Shown: in pieces, positions 8,069 to 16,035 of the stretch
Numbering within the stretch: position 1 is the stretch's first letter
Layout: each line of letters begins with the position of its first letter
DNA from: Gemmata obscuriglobus
GTDB taxonomy: Bacteria > Planctomycetota > Planctomycetia > Gemmatales > Gemmataceae
DNA length: 32,000 nucleotides
Direction of reading: 5' to 3'
Assembly (NCBI RefSeq): GCF_008065095.1
Contig: NZ_CP042911.1
Location: 720,001-752,000 of the forward strand
Translations under genes and position numbers: made by a program
Notes under the pieces: model-generated
What the model was told of the DNA's origin: nothing
Seen by the model: only the letters and a program-made list of their open reading frames with translations
Databases searched by the model: none

Positions 8069-8797
8069 CCGCGCCTCACCTCCCGCAAGCTTCCGGCGCG
8101 GCGGGCGCCGGGCGGGCGGAGCGATCTCCTCGGGAGCGACATACGAGATGCGCTCACCGGCGCCGTCGTCCAGACAGGTCCGGAGCACGGCCGCGGCGAA
8201 GTCGCTAGCCTCCTCCGGGGCGAGGTTCTGAAAGTCGATTCCCGCGAACGTCTCCCGGATGTCGGCCACGAGTTCGGCGCGGGCGCTCTTGGGCAGCTTC
8301 CCGACCAGGAGCGCGGCGCCGGTCGTCATGCCGATGCCGTCGGCCACCATGACGCGCATGGCGAAGACCATTCCCACCCGGCCGCTCGTCCCCAGGCCCA
8401 CATCCGTCGCGAACATGGTCGTGTCGCGCAGCAGGTCGCGCACGCCGACGCCGACCCCGCTCTCGACCGCCTCCACGGCGAACACCGAAAACCGACTCGC
8501 CCGGAGCGCGTGGAGCAGCACCCACTCGTCCGAGCCCTCGGCGGGCGGCGCCGTGCTCAGGTGCCGCTCGACCGCGTTCACCCCGTACCGCCGCACGTCG
8601 TGGATGCAGTAGTCCATCAGCACGGCCGTCATGTCCTCGCTGTCGAGGACCAGCGTGCCGCCGTCCAGCATGTTCAGCCGCCGCCCGGCCTCGTTCATCG
8701 CACTCCGGGAGAGGCCCTTCACGAGCCGGCTGTTGAGGGCCACACTCGCTTCGCGCAGTTGCAGGTAGCGGGGGAGCCGTTCGGCGTGCGTGCTCAT
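8060..8797 (-). CDS. hypothetical protein (245 aa)
   Basis: The ATG at 8797-8795 gives MSTHAERLPRYLQLREASVALNSRLV.... It lies 41 nt downstream of the dehydrogenase gene on the same strand and has no family I recognise. The rest of the 655-aa track ORF overlaps the dehydrogenase in another frame and is discarded. Confidence 0.6.
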   Translation of the reverse strand: MSTHAERLPRYLQLREASVALNSRLVKGLSRSAMNEAGRRLNMLDGGTLVLDSEDMTAVLMDYCIHDVRRYGVNAVERHLSTAPPAEGSDEWVLLHALRASRFSVFAVEAVESGVGVGVRDLLRDTTMFATDVGLGTSGRVGMVFAMRVMVADGIGMTTGAALLVGKLPKSARAELVADIRETFAGIDFQNLAPEEASDFAAAVLRTCLDDGAGERISYVAPEEIAPPARRPPRRKLAGGEARLR

Positions 8798-8838
8798 CGA
8801 TCGCCTCTGGTTGTTTGTGCCGGGCGCGGGACCGGGGC

Positions 8839-9867
8839 TCAGCTCACTTCGACCATCGCCTTCACGACGCCGGTTTCGGGCTTCAGCCACGTCGGGAACA
8901 CGTCGATCAGGCCCGCGATGGGGGCGCGGTGCGTGACCCACGGGTCGGTGCTGAGCATCCCGCCCTCGATCAGTCGAATAATACGGATGAACTCGTGCGG
9001 GAGCGCGTTGCGGCTGGCGAGGAACGTCATCTCGCGCCGGTGCATCAGCGGCTGCGTGAACCCGAGTTGGTCCTGCGTGATCCCGACCCACACCAGCCGG
9101 CCGGCGAACCCCACGAAGTTGTACGCGGCGTTCATGCTCCGGGCGCTGCCGGTGGCGTCCACCACCACGTTCCCGAGCTTCCCGCCGGTCAGGTCGGTGA
9201 ACGTCTTGATGTCCGCTTCGAGATTGCCCGACGAGAGGATCGTGTCCGTAACGCCCATCTTCTCGCGCACGAACGCGAGGCGCTGTTCGTTCAGGTCCAT
9301 TACGACGACGCGCGCCCCGGCCAGCTTGGCGAACTCGATCACGGAGAGCCCGATCGGCCCGGCCCCGATCACGAACACGGTCTCGTCGGCCCGCGGGTTC
9401 GCGCGGTTGATCGCGTGCAGCCCGATCCCGAGCGTTTCCACCAGCGCGAGCTGCTCGAACGTCAGCTTCGCGGAGGTGTGGAGCTTGCGGGCCGGCACCG
9501 TGAACCGCGGGCGCAGCCCGCCGTCGACGTGGACGCCGAGCGTCTGGTGGTTCTCGCAGCAGTTCGAGTGCCCGCGGGCGCACGAGTAGCACTTCTGGCA
9601 GTTGATGTACGGCTCGACGGCGGCCCGGTCGCCGACCTTGACGTTGGTCACGCCTTCGCCGACCGCGACCACCTCCACGCCCAGCTCGTGCCCCGGGATG
9701 CGCGGGTAGCTGAAGAACGGCATCTTGCCCAGGTAGCCGCTGTAGTCCGTGCCGCACACGCCGACGCGCGACACCCGCACCACCGCGTCGCCGGGGCCGG
9801 GGGCCGGCGGCTCGGGGAGGTCGATCTCTCGGAACGCTTTGGGCTGCTCGAGCTGAATCGCTTTCAT
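8839..9867 (-). CDS. zinc-dependent medium-chain alcohol/polyol dehydrogenase (threonine/sorbitol dehydrogenase-like)
   Basis: The sequence starts MKAIQLEQPKAF. It has GVCGTDYS, the catalytic Zn ligands in PGHELGVEVVAVG, the structural Zn cluster CQKCYSCARGHSNCC and the NAD fold VFVIGAGPIGL. Confidence 0.9.
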   Translation of the reverse strand: MKAIQLEQPKAFREIDLPEPPAPGPGDAVVRVSRVGVCGTDYSGYLGKMPFFSYPRIPGHELGVEVVAVGEGVTNVKVGDRAAVEPYINCQKCYSCARGHSNCCENHQTLGVHVDGGLRPRFTVPARKLHTSAKLTFEQLALVETLGIGLHAINRANPRADETVFVIGAGPIGLSVIEFAKLAGARVVVMDLNEQRLAFVREKMGVTDTILSSGNLEADIKTFTDLTGGKLGNVVVDATGSARSMNAAYNFVGFAGRLVWVGITQDQLGFTQPLMHRREMTFLASRNALPHEFIRIIRLIEGGMLSTDPWVTHRAPIAGLIDVFPTWLKPETGVVKAMVEVS

Positions 9868-10014
9868 CGGGAGGAACCTGGGAGGGAGTGGTTCCCGTCG
9901 TTTCGAGTTCCGGGTTGGGAACCGGCGCGGCAAAAGCTCCGGGCGCCGGGTGCGGTCTTTGGCTCCACTTGGAACGTGGAACCTGGAACGTGAAACGACC
10001 GGGCTCCTCTTGGC

Positions 10015-10380
10015 TTATGACTTCCACCAGCGCCGGAGCACCCGTTCGATGTACGCCTTCAGGGCCGCGATCCGCACCGACACCGGGTCGTTGCGGGTGC
10101 GGAGGGCGAGCCGGGCCAGTGCCAGCAGGTGGTCCGCACTCAGGTCCCCGCCCGCGTCGGCCGTGTCGTACCGCCGGCCGCAGTAGACGAGCCAGTGCTG
10201 CCGGTACTGCTCGACCAGCGCGACGTGCTGTCCGCCCAGGTCCGAGACGGCCATGTCGAAGCGCGGGACGCCCGGGGCGTCGCCGTGGTCGGGGTGGCCG
10301 ACCGTGCTGAGGTAGCCGACGTGCGTGCCGCCGTCGTCGTAAACGGCCACGCGCACGCGAATGGGGGCGCTGCGCGACAT
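10015..10380 (-). CDS. hypothetical protein (121 aa)
   Basis: The ATG at 10380-10378 gives MSRSAPIRVRVAVYDDGGTHVGYL.... Third-position G+C is very high across the ORF. The 422-aa track ORF extension runs antisense into korA and is discarded. Confidence 0.5.
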   Translation of the reverse strand: MSRSAPIRVRVAVYDDGGTHVGYLSTVGHPDHGDAPGVPRFDMAVSDLGGQHVALVEQYRQHWLVYCGRRYDTADAGGDLSADHLLALARLALRTRNDPVSVRIAALKAYIERVLRRWWKS

Positions 10381-10606
10381 TAGGGGCAACCGATGATGAA
10401 GGGCCGCCGGCGCGGCGGCCGGGCGCCGTACCATCGTCTCACAACTCGGCCCCCCGGTGCCAGCGGTTTCCCGCCCCGCCCGCGCCCGGGGCGCCGGTGA
10501 AGTTCCGTCCCCGTTTTCCGCCGGACGTGTAAGATGAACACAACCACACGGGCACCCCCCTGCGAAACCATGACCTCTCCCCACTTCTTCCGAGGAAGCG
10601 GCTGAT

Positions 10607-12559
10607 ATGAGTTCTGACAACGGCTCCGCCACAGTTGCGCCGGCCGGCGCGAACGGCAGCGCCCGTTCGACCGAGGTGCTCGAGTCCGTGACCATCCGGT
10701 TCGCCGGCGACTCCGGCGACGGGATGCAGGTCGCCGGCACCCGGTTCACCGACACGTCCGCGCTCCTGGGCAACGACATCGCCACGTTCCCGGACTTCCC
10801 GGCCGAGATCCGCGCCCCCGCCGGCACGCTGGCCGGCGTCTCCGGGTTCCAGGTCCACTTTTCCAGCACCGACATCCACACCCCCGGCGACGCGCTCGAC
10901 GCGCTGGTGGTGATGAACGCCGCGGCGCTCAAGACCAACATCAAGGACCTGCAGCCGGGCGGCATCCTGATCGCCAACACCGACGGGTTCGAGACGAGCG
11001 ACCTGAAGAAGGCCGTGTACAAGACGGACCCGCTCGAGGACGGCTCGCTCACCGGGTACCGCGTGGTCCGGGTCGCCATCGCCAAGATGACCGTGCAGGC
11101 GATCGCGGAGCTGCCGCTCACCCCGCGCGACAAGGACCGGTGCAAGAACTTCTTCGCGCTCGGGCTCGTGTACTGGCTGTACGAGCGCCCGCTCGAGGCC
11201 ACCGTCCGGTGGCTGCGGGAGAAGTTCGGCAAGAAGCCGGACACGCTGGAGGCCAACATCCGGGCGCTGAAGGCCGGGTACAACTACGGCGAGACGGTCG
11301 AGGCGCTGCCGGTCCAGTATAAGGTGGCGAAGGCCCAGATCGCCCCGGGCACGTACCGCAAGATCACCGGCAACGAGGCCGCCGTCCTGGGCCTCGCCGT
11401 CGCCGGGCAGCTCGCGAAGAAGCCGATCGTGTACGCCGGCTACCCGATCACCCCGGCGAGCTCGATCCTGGAGGGGCTGACCGAGCTGCGCCGGTTCGGG
11501 GTGAAGACGTTCCAGGCCGAGGACGAGATCGCCGCCGCGGGCGTCGCCATCGGGGCCAGCTACGGCGGCGCGCTGGGCGTCACCGGCACCAGCGGCCCGG
11601 GCGTGTGCCTCAAGAGCGAGGCCATCAACCTCGCGGTGATGACCGAGCTGCCGCTCGTGATCGTGGACGTGCAGCGCGGCGGCCCCAGCACCGGTCTCCC
11701 GACGAAGACCGAACAGTCCGACCTGCTCCAGGCGATGTTCGGGCGCAACGGCGACAGCCCGGTGGCGGTGCTCGCGCCGCAATCGCCGGTGGACTGCTTC
11801 GACATGGCGGTGGAGGCGGTGCGCATCGCCGTCCGGTTCATGTGCCCGGTGTTCTACCTGTCCGACGGGTACATCGCGAACGGGTCCGAGCCGTGGAAGA
11901 TCCCGGCGGTCGCGGACCTCAAGCCGATCGAGATCACCCACCCGACGCAGCCGAACAGCGAGGGCACCAACCTCGCGCACGAGAGCGGCGACGCCTCCCC
12001 CGCCGGCGGGGCGGGCAAGTTCCTGCCGTACAAGCGGGACGAGTACCTGGCGCGGCCGTGGGCGATCCCGGGCACCGCGGGGCTGGAGCACCGCATCGGC
12101 GGCATCGAGAAGCAGGACGTGACCGGCAACATCAACTACGAGCCGGCCAACCACCAGCACATGACCGACACCCGCGCGAAGAAGATCGAGAACATCGCGC
12201 TGACGATCCCCGACCTCGAGGTGGCCGGCGACACCGACGCCGAACTGCTCGTGGCGGGCTGGGGCGGCACCTACGGCAGCATCACGACCGCGGTGGAGCG
12301 CGCCCGGCGCAAGGGGCTGAAGGTGGCGCAGGTCCACTTCCGCTACCTGAACCCGATGCCGAAGAACACGGAAGCCGTGCTGAAGCGGTTCAAGAAGGTG
12401 CTGGTGCCCGAGCTGAACACCGGCCAACTGTCCTGGCTGCTCCGCGCGAAGTACCTCGCGCCCGCCGAGGGGTTGAACAAGGTGCAGGGTAAGCCGTTCC
12501 TCGTGTCCGAACTCGAAACCGCCATCGAGAAGGCGCTGGGGCTCTTGCCGGTGATCTGA
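10607..12559 (+). CDS. korA: 2-oxoglutarate/2-oxoacid:ferredoxin oxidoreductase, alpha subunit (fused gamma-alpha type)
   Basis: GAGGAAG lies 8 nt upstream of the ATG. Motifs include FAGDSGDGMQ, FPDFPAEIRAP, GYPITPAS, GTSGPGV and DVQRGGPSTGLPTKTEQSDL. The 650-aa length fits actinobacterial-type KorA. Confidence 0.9.
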   Translation: MSSDNGSATVAPAGANGSARSTEVLESVTIRFAGDSGDGMQVAGTRFTDTSALLGNDIATFPDFPAEIRAPAGTLAGVSGFQVHFSSTDIHTPGDALDALVVMNAAALKTNIKDLQPGGILIANTDGFETSDLKKAVYKTDPLEDGSLTGYRVVRVAIAKMTVQAIAELPLTPRDKDRCKNFFALGLVYWLYERPLEATVRWLREKFGKKPDTLEANIRALKAGYNYGETVEALPVQYKVAKAQIAPGTYRKITGNEAAVLGLAVAGQLAKKPIVYAGYPITPASSILEGLTELRRFGVKTFQAEDEIAAAGVAIGASYGGALGVTGTSGPGVCLKSEAINLAVMTELPLVIVDVQRGGPSTGLPTKTEQSDLLQAMFGRNGDSPVAVLAPQSPVDCFDMAVEAVRIAVRFMCPVFYLSDGYIANGSEPWKIPAVADLKPIEITHPTQPNSEGTNLAHESGDASPAGGAGKFLPYKRDEYLARPWAIPGTAGLEHRIGGIEKQDVTGNINYEPANHQHMTDTRAKKIENIALTIPDLEVAGDTDAELLVAGWGGTYGSITTAVERARRKGLKVAQVHFRYLNPMPKNTEAVLKRFKKVLVPELNTGQLSWLLRAKYLAPAEGLNKVQGKPFLVSELETAIEKALGLLPVI

Positions 12560-12589
12560 GGGCCGGCCCGGTTGGCGGTGTCTGATTTT

Positions 12590-12658
12590 GTGGCACAGAC
12601 GTTCCTGTCTGTGCGAGCTTGGCCCACGGAATCACACAGACATTCCTGTCTGTGCCAC
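12590..12658 (+). repeat. duplicated hairpin element inside the korA-korB spacer
   Basis: CACAGACGTTCCTGTCTGTGC (12594-12614) and CACAGACATTCCTGTCTGTGC (12635-12655) match at 20 of 21 positions. Each folds as a 7-8 bp hairpin with a 6-nt loop. The outer arms GTGGCACAGAC (12590-12600) and GTCTGTGCCAC (12648-12658) are also complementary over 11 bp. Confidence 0.8.
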
Positions 12659-12774
12659 GAAACCGGAACCCAAGAACAGACACCAGCAACCGGGCCGCGG
12701 GAAAGGCCCGCGAAACACCAAAAACAAAACACCAAACACGCGCAGCACTCAACCACCAAACACTCACAATACCA

Positions 12775-13803
12775 ATGGCTACCGCGCTCCCGTTAACGAC
12801 GAAGGAACTCACGACCGACCAGGAGGTGCGCTGGTGCCCCGGGTGCGGCGACTACTCCATCCTGGCCCAGATGAAGAAGGCGCTGACCACCGTCGGGGTG
12901 CCGCGCGAGAAGATCGCGTTCGTGTCGGGGATCGGCTGCTCCAGCCGGTTCCCGTACTACATGAACACGTTCGGGTTCCACACCATTCACGGCCGTGCCC
13001 CCACGTTCGCCACCGGGCTGCGCCTCGCCAACCCGGACCTTCAGGTGTGGGTCGTCACCGGGGACGGCGACGGGCTCTCGATCGGCGGCAACCACCTGAT
13101 CCACGCGCTGCGGCGGAACGTGGACATCAAGGTGCTGCTGTTCAACAACGAGATCTACGGCCTCACGAAGGGGCAGTACTCGCCGGCGAGCCGGCTGGGC
13201 ACGCCTAGCAAGACCAGCCCGGGCGGGTCGTTCGAGACGCCGGTCCGGCCGCTGTCGGTGGCGCTGGCTGCCGAGGCCACGTTCGTGGCCCGCACCGTGG
13301 ACGTGGACGTGCAGCACCTCGTCGCGACGCTCCAGAAGGCCGCGGCGCACAAGGGCAGCGCGTTCGTCGAGATCTACCAGAACTGCGTGATCTTCAACCC
13401 CGACGTGTACGACTACGCCAGCAACAAGGCGGTGAAGGCCGACAACGTGCTGTACCTCGAGCACGGCAAGCCGCTGCTGTTCGGCAAGGACAAGAACAAG
13501 GGCATCCGGCTCAACGGGCTCAAGCCCGAAGTGGTCACCGTCGGGAAGGACTGCCAGGTCGACGACCTGCTCACCCACGACGAGGCGAGCGAGGAGCCGA
13601 CGCTGGCGTACCTGCTGAGCCGGTTCGCGCACGACCCGCGGAACCCGAACTCGTTCCCGGAACCGCTGGGGGTGTTCCGCAGCGTCCGGAAGCCGACCTA
13701 CGAGGAACAACTCGACAACCGCATCAAGGACGCGACACAAAAGAAGGGGCCGGGGCGGATCGAGGAGTTGTTCAAGGCCGAAGACGTGTGGACCGTGCAG
13801 TAG
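12775..13803 (+). CDS. korB: 2-oxoglutarate/2-oxoacid:ferredoxin oxidoreductase, beta subunit (TPP-binding)
   Basis: The sequence starts MATALPLTTKELTTDQEVRWCPGCGDYSIL. It has GIGCSSRFPYY and the TPP motif GDGDGLSIGGNHLIHALRRNVDIKVLLFNNEIYGLTKGQ. Confidence 0.9.
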   Translation: MATALPLTTKELTTDQEVRWCPGCGDYSILAQMKKALTTVGVPREKIAFVSGIGCSSRFPYYMNTFGFHTIHGRAPTFATGLRLANPDLQVWVVTGDGDGLSIGGNHLIHALRRNVDIKVLLFNNEIYGLTKGQYSPASRLGTPSKTSPGGSFETPVRPLSVALAAEATFVARTVDVDVQHLVATLQKAAAHKGSAFVEIYQNCVIFNPDVYDYASNKAVKADNVLYLEHGKPLLFGKDKNKGIRLNGLKPEVVTVGKDCQVDDLLTHDEASEEPTLAYLLSRFAHDPRNPNSFPEPLGVFRSVRKPTYEEQLDNRIKDATQKKGPGRIEELFKAEDVWTVQ

Positions 13804-13839
13804 CGCCGAACCGGCGGACATCGCTGCACCAGTCCCTCC

Positions 13840-13889
13840 AGCGTAAGCGCCCCTGGCGCGGCGATCGCCGTGCCGGGGGCGTTTACGCT
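13840..13889 (+). terminator. stem-loop after korB
   Basis: AGCGTAAGCGCCCC (13840-13853) pairs with GGGGCGTTTACGCT (13876-13889) with one mismatch. It begins 37 nt after the korB stop and has no U-tract. Confidence 0.5.
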
Positions 13890-14204
13890 CCGCACTTCAC
13901 TTCGGGCCATTACCCCACTTGCGGGCGCAGGCGGTTCGACCGGAGCCGGAATGGTGGCCTAGCGAACCGCCTCGTCCGCCAGCCGGACTGAAGAACTCAT
14001 ACCCAAGTCCAGTAGTTTCAAGTTCGAGCAGCGCGGTTCTGGTTTTGGAGTGCGGTCCGTTCACTCCGTGCAGAGGTATTATCACGGTTCTGGCACGGTG
14101 GCGGATTCGGCAATCTGGCCGCAACCGCAAATCAGTTATGCAGTTGCGTGTGTGTTATTCTGGGCTACTCGGTTCCGACGTGGGTGGTCCGACTCACGAC
14201 CGAA

Positions 14205-14238
14205 GCCCCGCGAGGGGCCAAATGGTCCCTCGCGGGGC
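14205..14238. terminator. strong GC hairpin in the gene-free region, strand ambiguous
   Basis: GCCCCGCGAGGGGCC-AAAT-GGTCCCTCGCGGGGC forms a 15-bp stem with one G-U pair. It is followed by GTTTCG on the + strand and CTTCGG on the - strand. Confidence 0.5.
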
Positions 14239-14509
14239 GTTTCGCAGGCGCCACATTCTCCAGACCACCGCCGCGCCCGATCCGTGATGATATCTCTGCA
14301 TGCTCGGCAAGGTCAGCCGAACGTTCCCGACCGCGCGGCCCGTGAGCGAGTCGGTGCGTCCACTCGGCGAGGCTCTGGAACCCTTCGATCTCGTCCATGT
14401 GGGCCGCCCCTCGTGAAGGAGGGGGTGAAGCCCGCGCACCGAACTGCTGACGGAGCGATCCGGCCACTGCGGGCTTCTTGCGGTCGAAGAACTTCTCCGG
14501 CAACGACGA

Positions 14510-14538
14510 TTGCAACGCCACCGGTGCCGGGTTAGTTT
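14510..14538 (+). promoter_or_regulatory. candidate sigma70-type promoter of the DNA ligase gene
   Basis: TTGCAA (14510-14515), an exact 17-nt spacer, then TAGTTT (14533-14538, which keeps the T1, A2 and T6 positions of TATAAT). This lies 32 nt upstream of the ATG at 14570. Confidence 0.4.
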
Positions 14539-14569
14539 CACACCCACATTTCCCAAACGGGACTCACAG

Positions 14570-15976
14570 ATGGACCTCGCGGACGGCCAAATTTACGAGA
14601 TGCAGGGTTCCGGGAAGAACCCGTACAAGATCAAGAACGTGGGCGGAGCGTACTCGTGCTCGTGCCCCGCGTGGCTGAACCAGAACGCGCCCAGCAACAA
14701 GCGCACGTGTAAGCACATCCGCAAGCTGCGCGGCGAGGAGGCCGAGGAGTCCCGGCTCGCGGCCGTCGGCGAGACGTTGCCGGCCAAGCCAACCGGCGCC
14801 GAGGACAAGAAAGAGCTGCCGCTCCTCAAAGGCGAGCCCTGGGACTGGGAGCAGGACCTCACCGGCTGGTGGATCAGCGAGAAGCTCGACGGCGTGCGGG
14901 CGTACTGGGACGGCAAGCAGTTCCTGTCCCGCGGGTACAACATCTACTTCGCGCCGGACTGGTTCACCGCCGGGCTCCCCAACCACCCGCTCGACGGCGA
15001 GTTGTGGATCGCGCGGAAGAAGTTCCAGGAGGCCAGCGACGTGGCCCGCAGCCAGGGGCAACCGGAGCGCTGGCGGCCGATGAAGTTCCTGGTGTTCGAC
15101 GCGCCCGACGAGTCCGGGCCGTTCGAGGACCGCATGAAGTTTCTCGCGACCGCGCTGCCCACCTGGAAATCGCCGTTCGTGTCGCTGGTCGAACACACGG
15201 TCTGTAAGGGCAACGACCACCTCGAAGAGGAGCTGGAACGGATCGTCACCCTCGGCGGCGAGGGGCTGATGGTGCGCAAGCCCGGCTCGAGGTACGAGCG
15301 CGCCCGCTCGTCCAGCGTCCTGAAGGTGAAGAAGTTCCTCGACACGGAAGTGGTGGTCGTGGACTACGAAGCCGGAGAAGGTCGCCACAAGGGCCGTGTC
15401 GGCGCGCTCTGGGTGCAACTCAGCTCGGGCGTGAAGTGCAAGGTCGGCACGGGTCTGAAGGACAAGGATCGCGACAACCCGCCCGCCAAGGGCAGCATCA
15501 TCACCGTGAAATATCAGGAACTGACCGACGACGGGGCGTTGCGGTTCCCGGTGTACGTCGGCCCGCGCCCCGACGGCTTCCCGAATGTGCCCGCCCCGAC
15601 GCGCAAGAAAACCGTGGTCGCGCCGCCGACGGTCGCCACGGTTACGGCTGCCGTTGCGACGCCTGTTGCTGTGCCGGCTGAGCCCGTTACTACGCGGGTA
15701 ACCAACGCGCCCCTGTTGTCCGAACCCGTTTCCGGAGGATCGACGATGGCGACGACGACCAAGCGGTATTTCGAGTTCGTGGACGGCGCCTCCAACAAGT
15801 TCTGGGAGGTGTGGACCGACGGGAACGAGGTGGTGACCCAGTGGGGCAAGGTCGGCACCCCCGGCCGCGAGACCCGCAAGGCGTTCGCCGACGCGGCGAA
15901 GGCCCAGAAAGAGTACGACAAGCTCGTCGCCGAGAAAACCGGCAAAGGGTACGCCGAGAAGCCCCGCCCCGAGTGA
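14570..15976 (+). CDS. ATP-dependent DNA ligase, LigE-like two-domain core, with N-terminal SWIM zinc finger and C-terminal WGR domain
   Basis: SWIM signature CSCPAWLNQNAPSNKRTCKH. Ligase motifs are I SEKLDGVRAYW, LDGELW, III FLVFDAP, IV EGLMVRKP and V VLKVKKF, with OB-domain GSIITVKYQELTDDGALRFPVYVG. A PAVT-rich linker follows. The WGR domain reads KRYFEFVDGASNKFWEVW...TQWGKVGTPGRETRK...KEYDKLVAEKTGKGY. Confidence 0.9.
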   Translation: MDLADGQIYEMQGSGKNPYKIKNVGGAYSCSCPAWLNQNAPSNKRTCKHIRKLRGEEAEESRLAAVGETLPAKPTGAEDKKELPLLKGEPWDWEQDLTGWWISEKLDGVRAYWDGKQFLSRGYNIYFAPDWFTAGLPNHPLDGELWIARKKFQEASDVARSQGQPERWRPMKFLVFDAPDESGPFEDRMKFLATALPTWKSPFVSLVEHTVCKGNDHLEEELERIVTLGGEGLMVRKPGSRYERARSSSVLKVKKFLDTEVVVVDYEAGEGRHKGRVGALWVQLSSGVKCKVGTGLKDKDRDNPPAKGSIITVKYQELTDDGALRFPVYVGPRPDGFPNVPAPTRKKTVVAPPTVATVTAAVATPVAVPAEPVTTRVTNAPLLSEPVSGGSTMATTTKRYFEFVDGASNKFWEVWTDGNEVVTQWGKVGTPGRETRKAFADAAKAQKEYDKLVAEKTGKGYAEKPRPE

Positions 15977-15989
15977 GTTCTTCCCCCGC

Positions 15990-16035
15990 GCGAACGGCCG
16001 GTTGTGACACCGCGGTGTCACAACCGGCCGTTCGC
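15990..16035. terminator. 46-nt perfect palindrome (23-bp arms)
   Basis: GCGAACGGCCGGTTGTGACACCG|CGGTGTCACAACCGGCCGTTCGC; every position pairs. It begins 14 nt after the ligase stop codon. Confidence 0.6.

Noticed and set aside
8060-10027. 655-aa ORF spanning the hypothetical gene and the dehydrogenase region
   Set aside because: The N-terminal 410 aa are low-complexity Arg/Gly/Pro. They overlap, in another frame, the dehydrogenase CDS, which has unmistakable Zn-ADH motifs. Only 8060..8797 is kept.
10439-12427. 662-aa minus-strand ORF antisense to korA, and similarly 12793..13821 antisense to korB
   Set aside because: These have the typical high-GC antisense composition (runs of R, G, D, L, H, V) and no motifs. 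The sense strand encodes textbook KorA and KorB.
12590-12658. Repeat-spacer-repeat pattern considered as a mini CRISPR array
   Set aside because: There are only two 21-nt copies, each self-complementary, with a 20-nt gap inside an operon spacer and no cas genes. It is better described as a REP-like duplicated hairpin.
13929-13972. GGTTCG...CGAACC stem considered as a tRNA or tmRNA T-arm
   Set aside because: It is a single 10-bp helix with a 24-nt loop. There is no cloverleaf, no T-loop consensus, no acceptor or CCA context and no tag ORF nearby. I could not fit any tRNA anywhere in the window.
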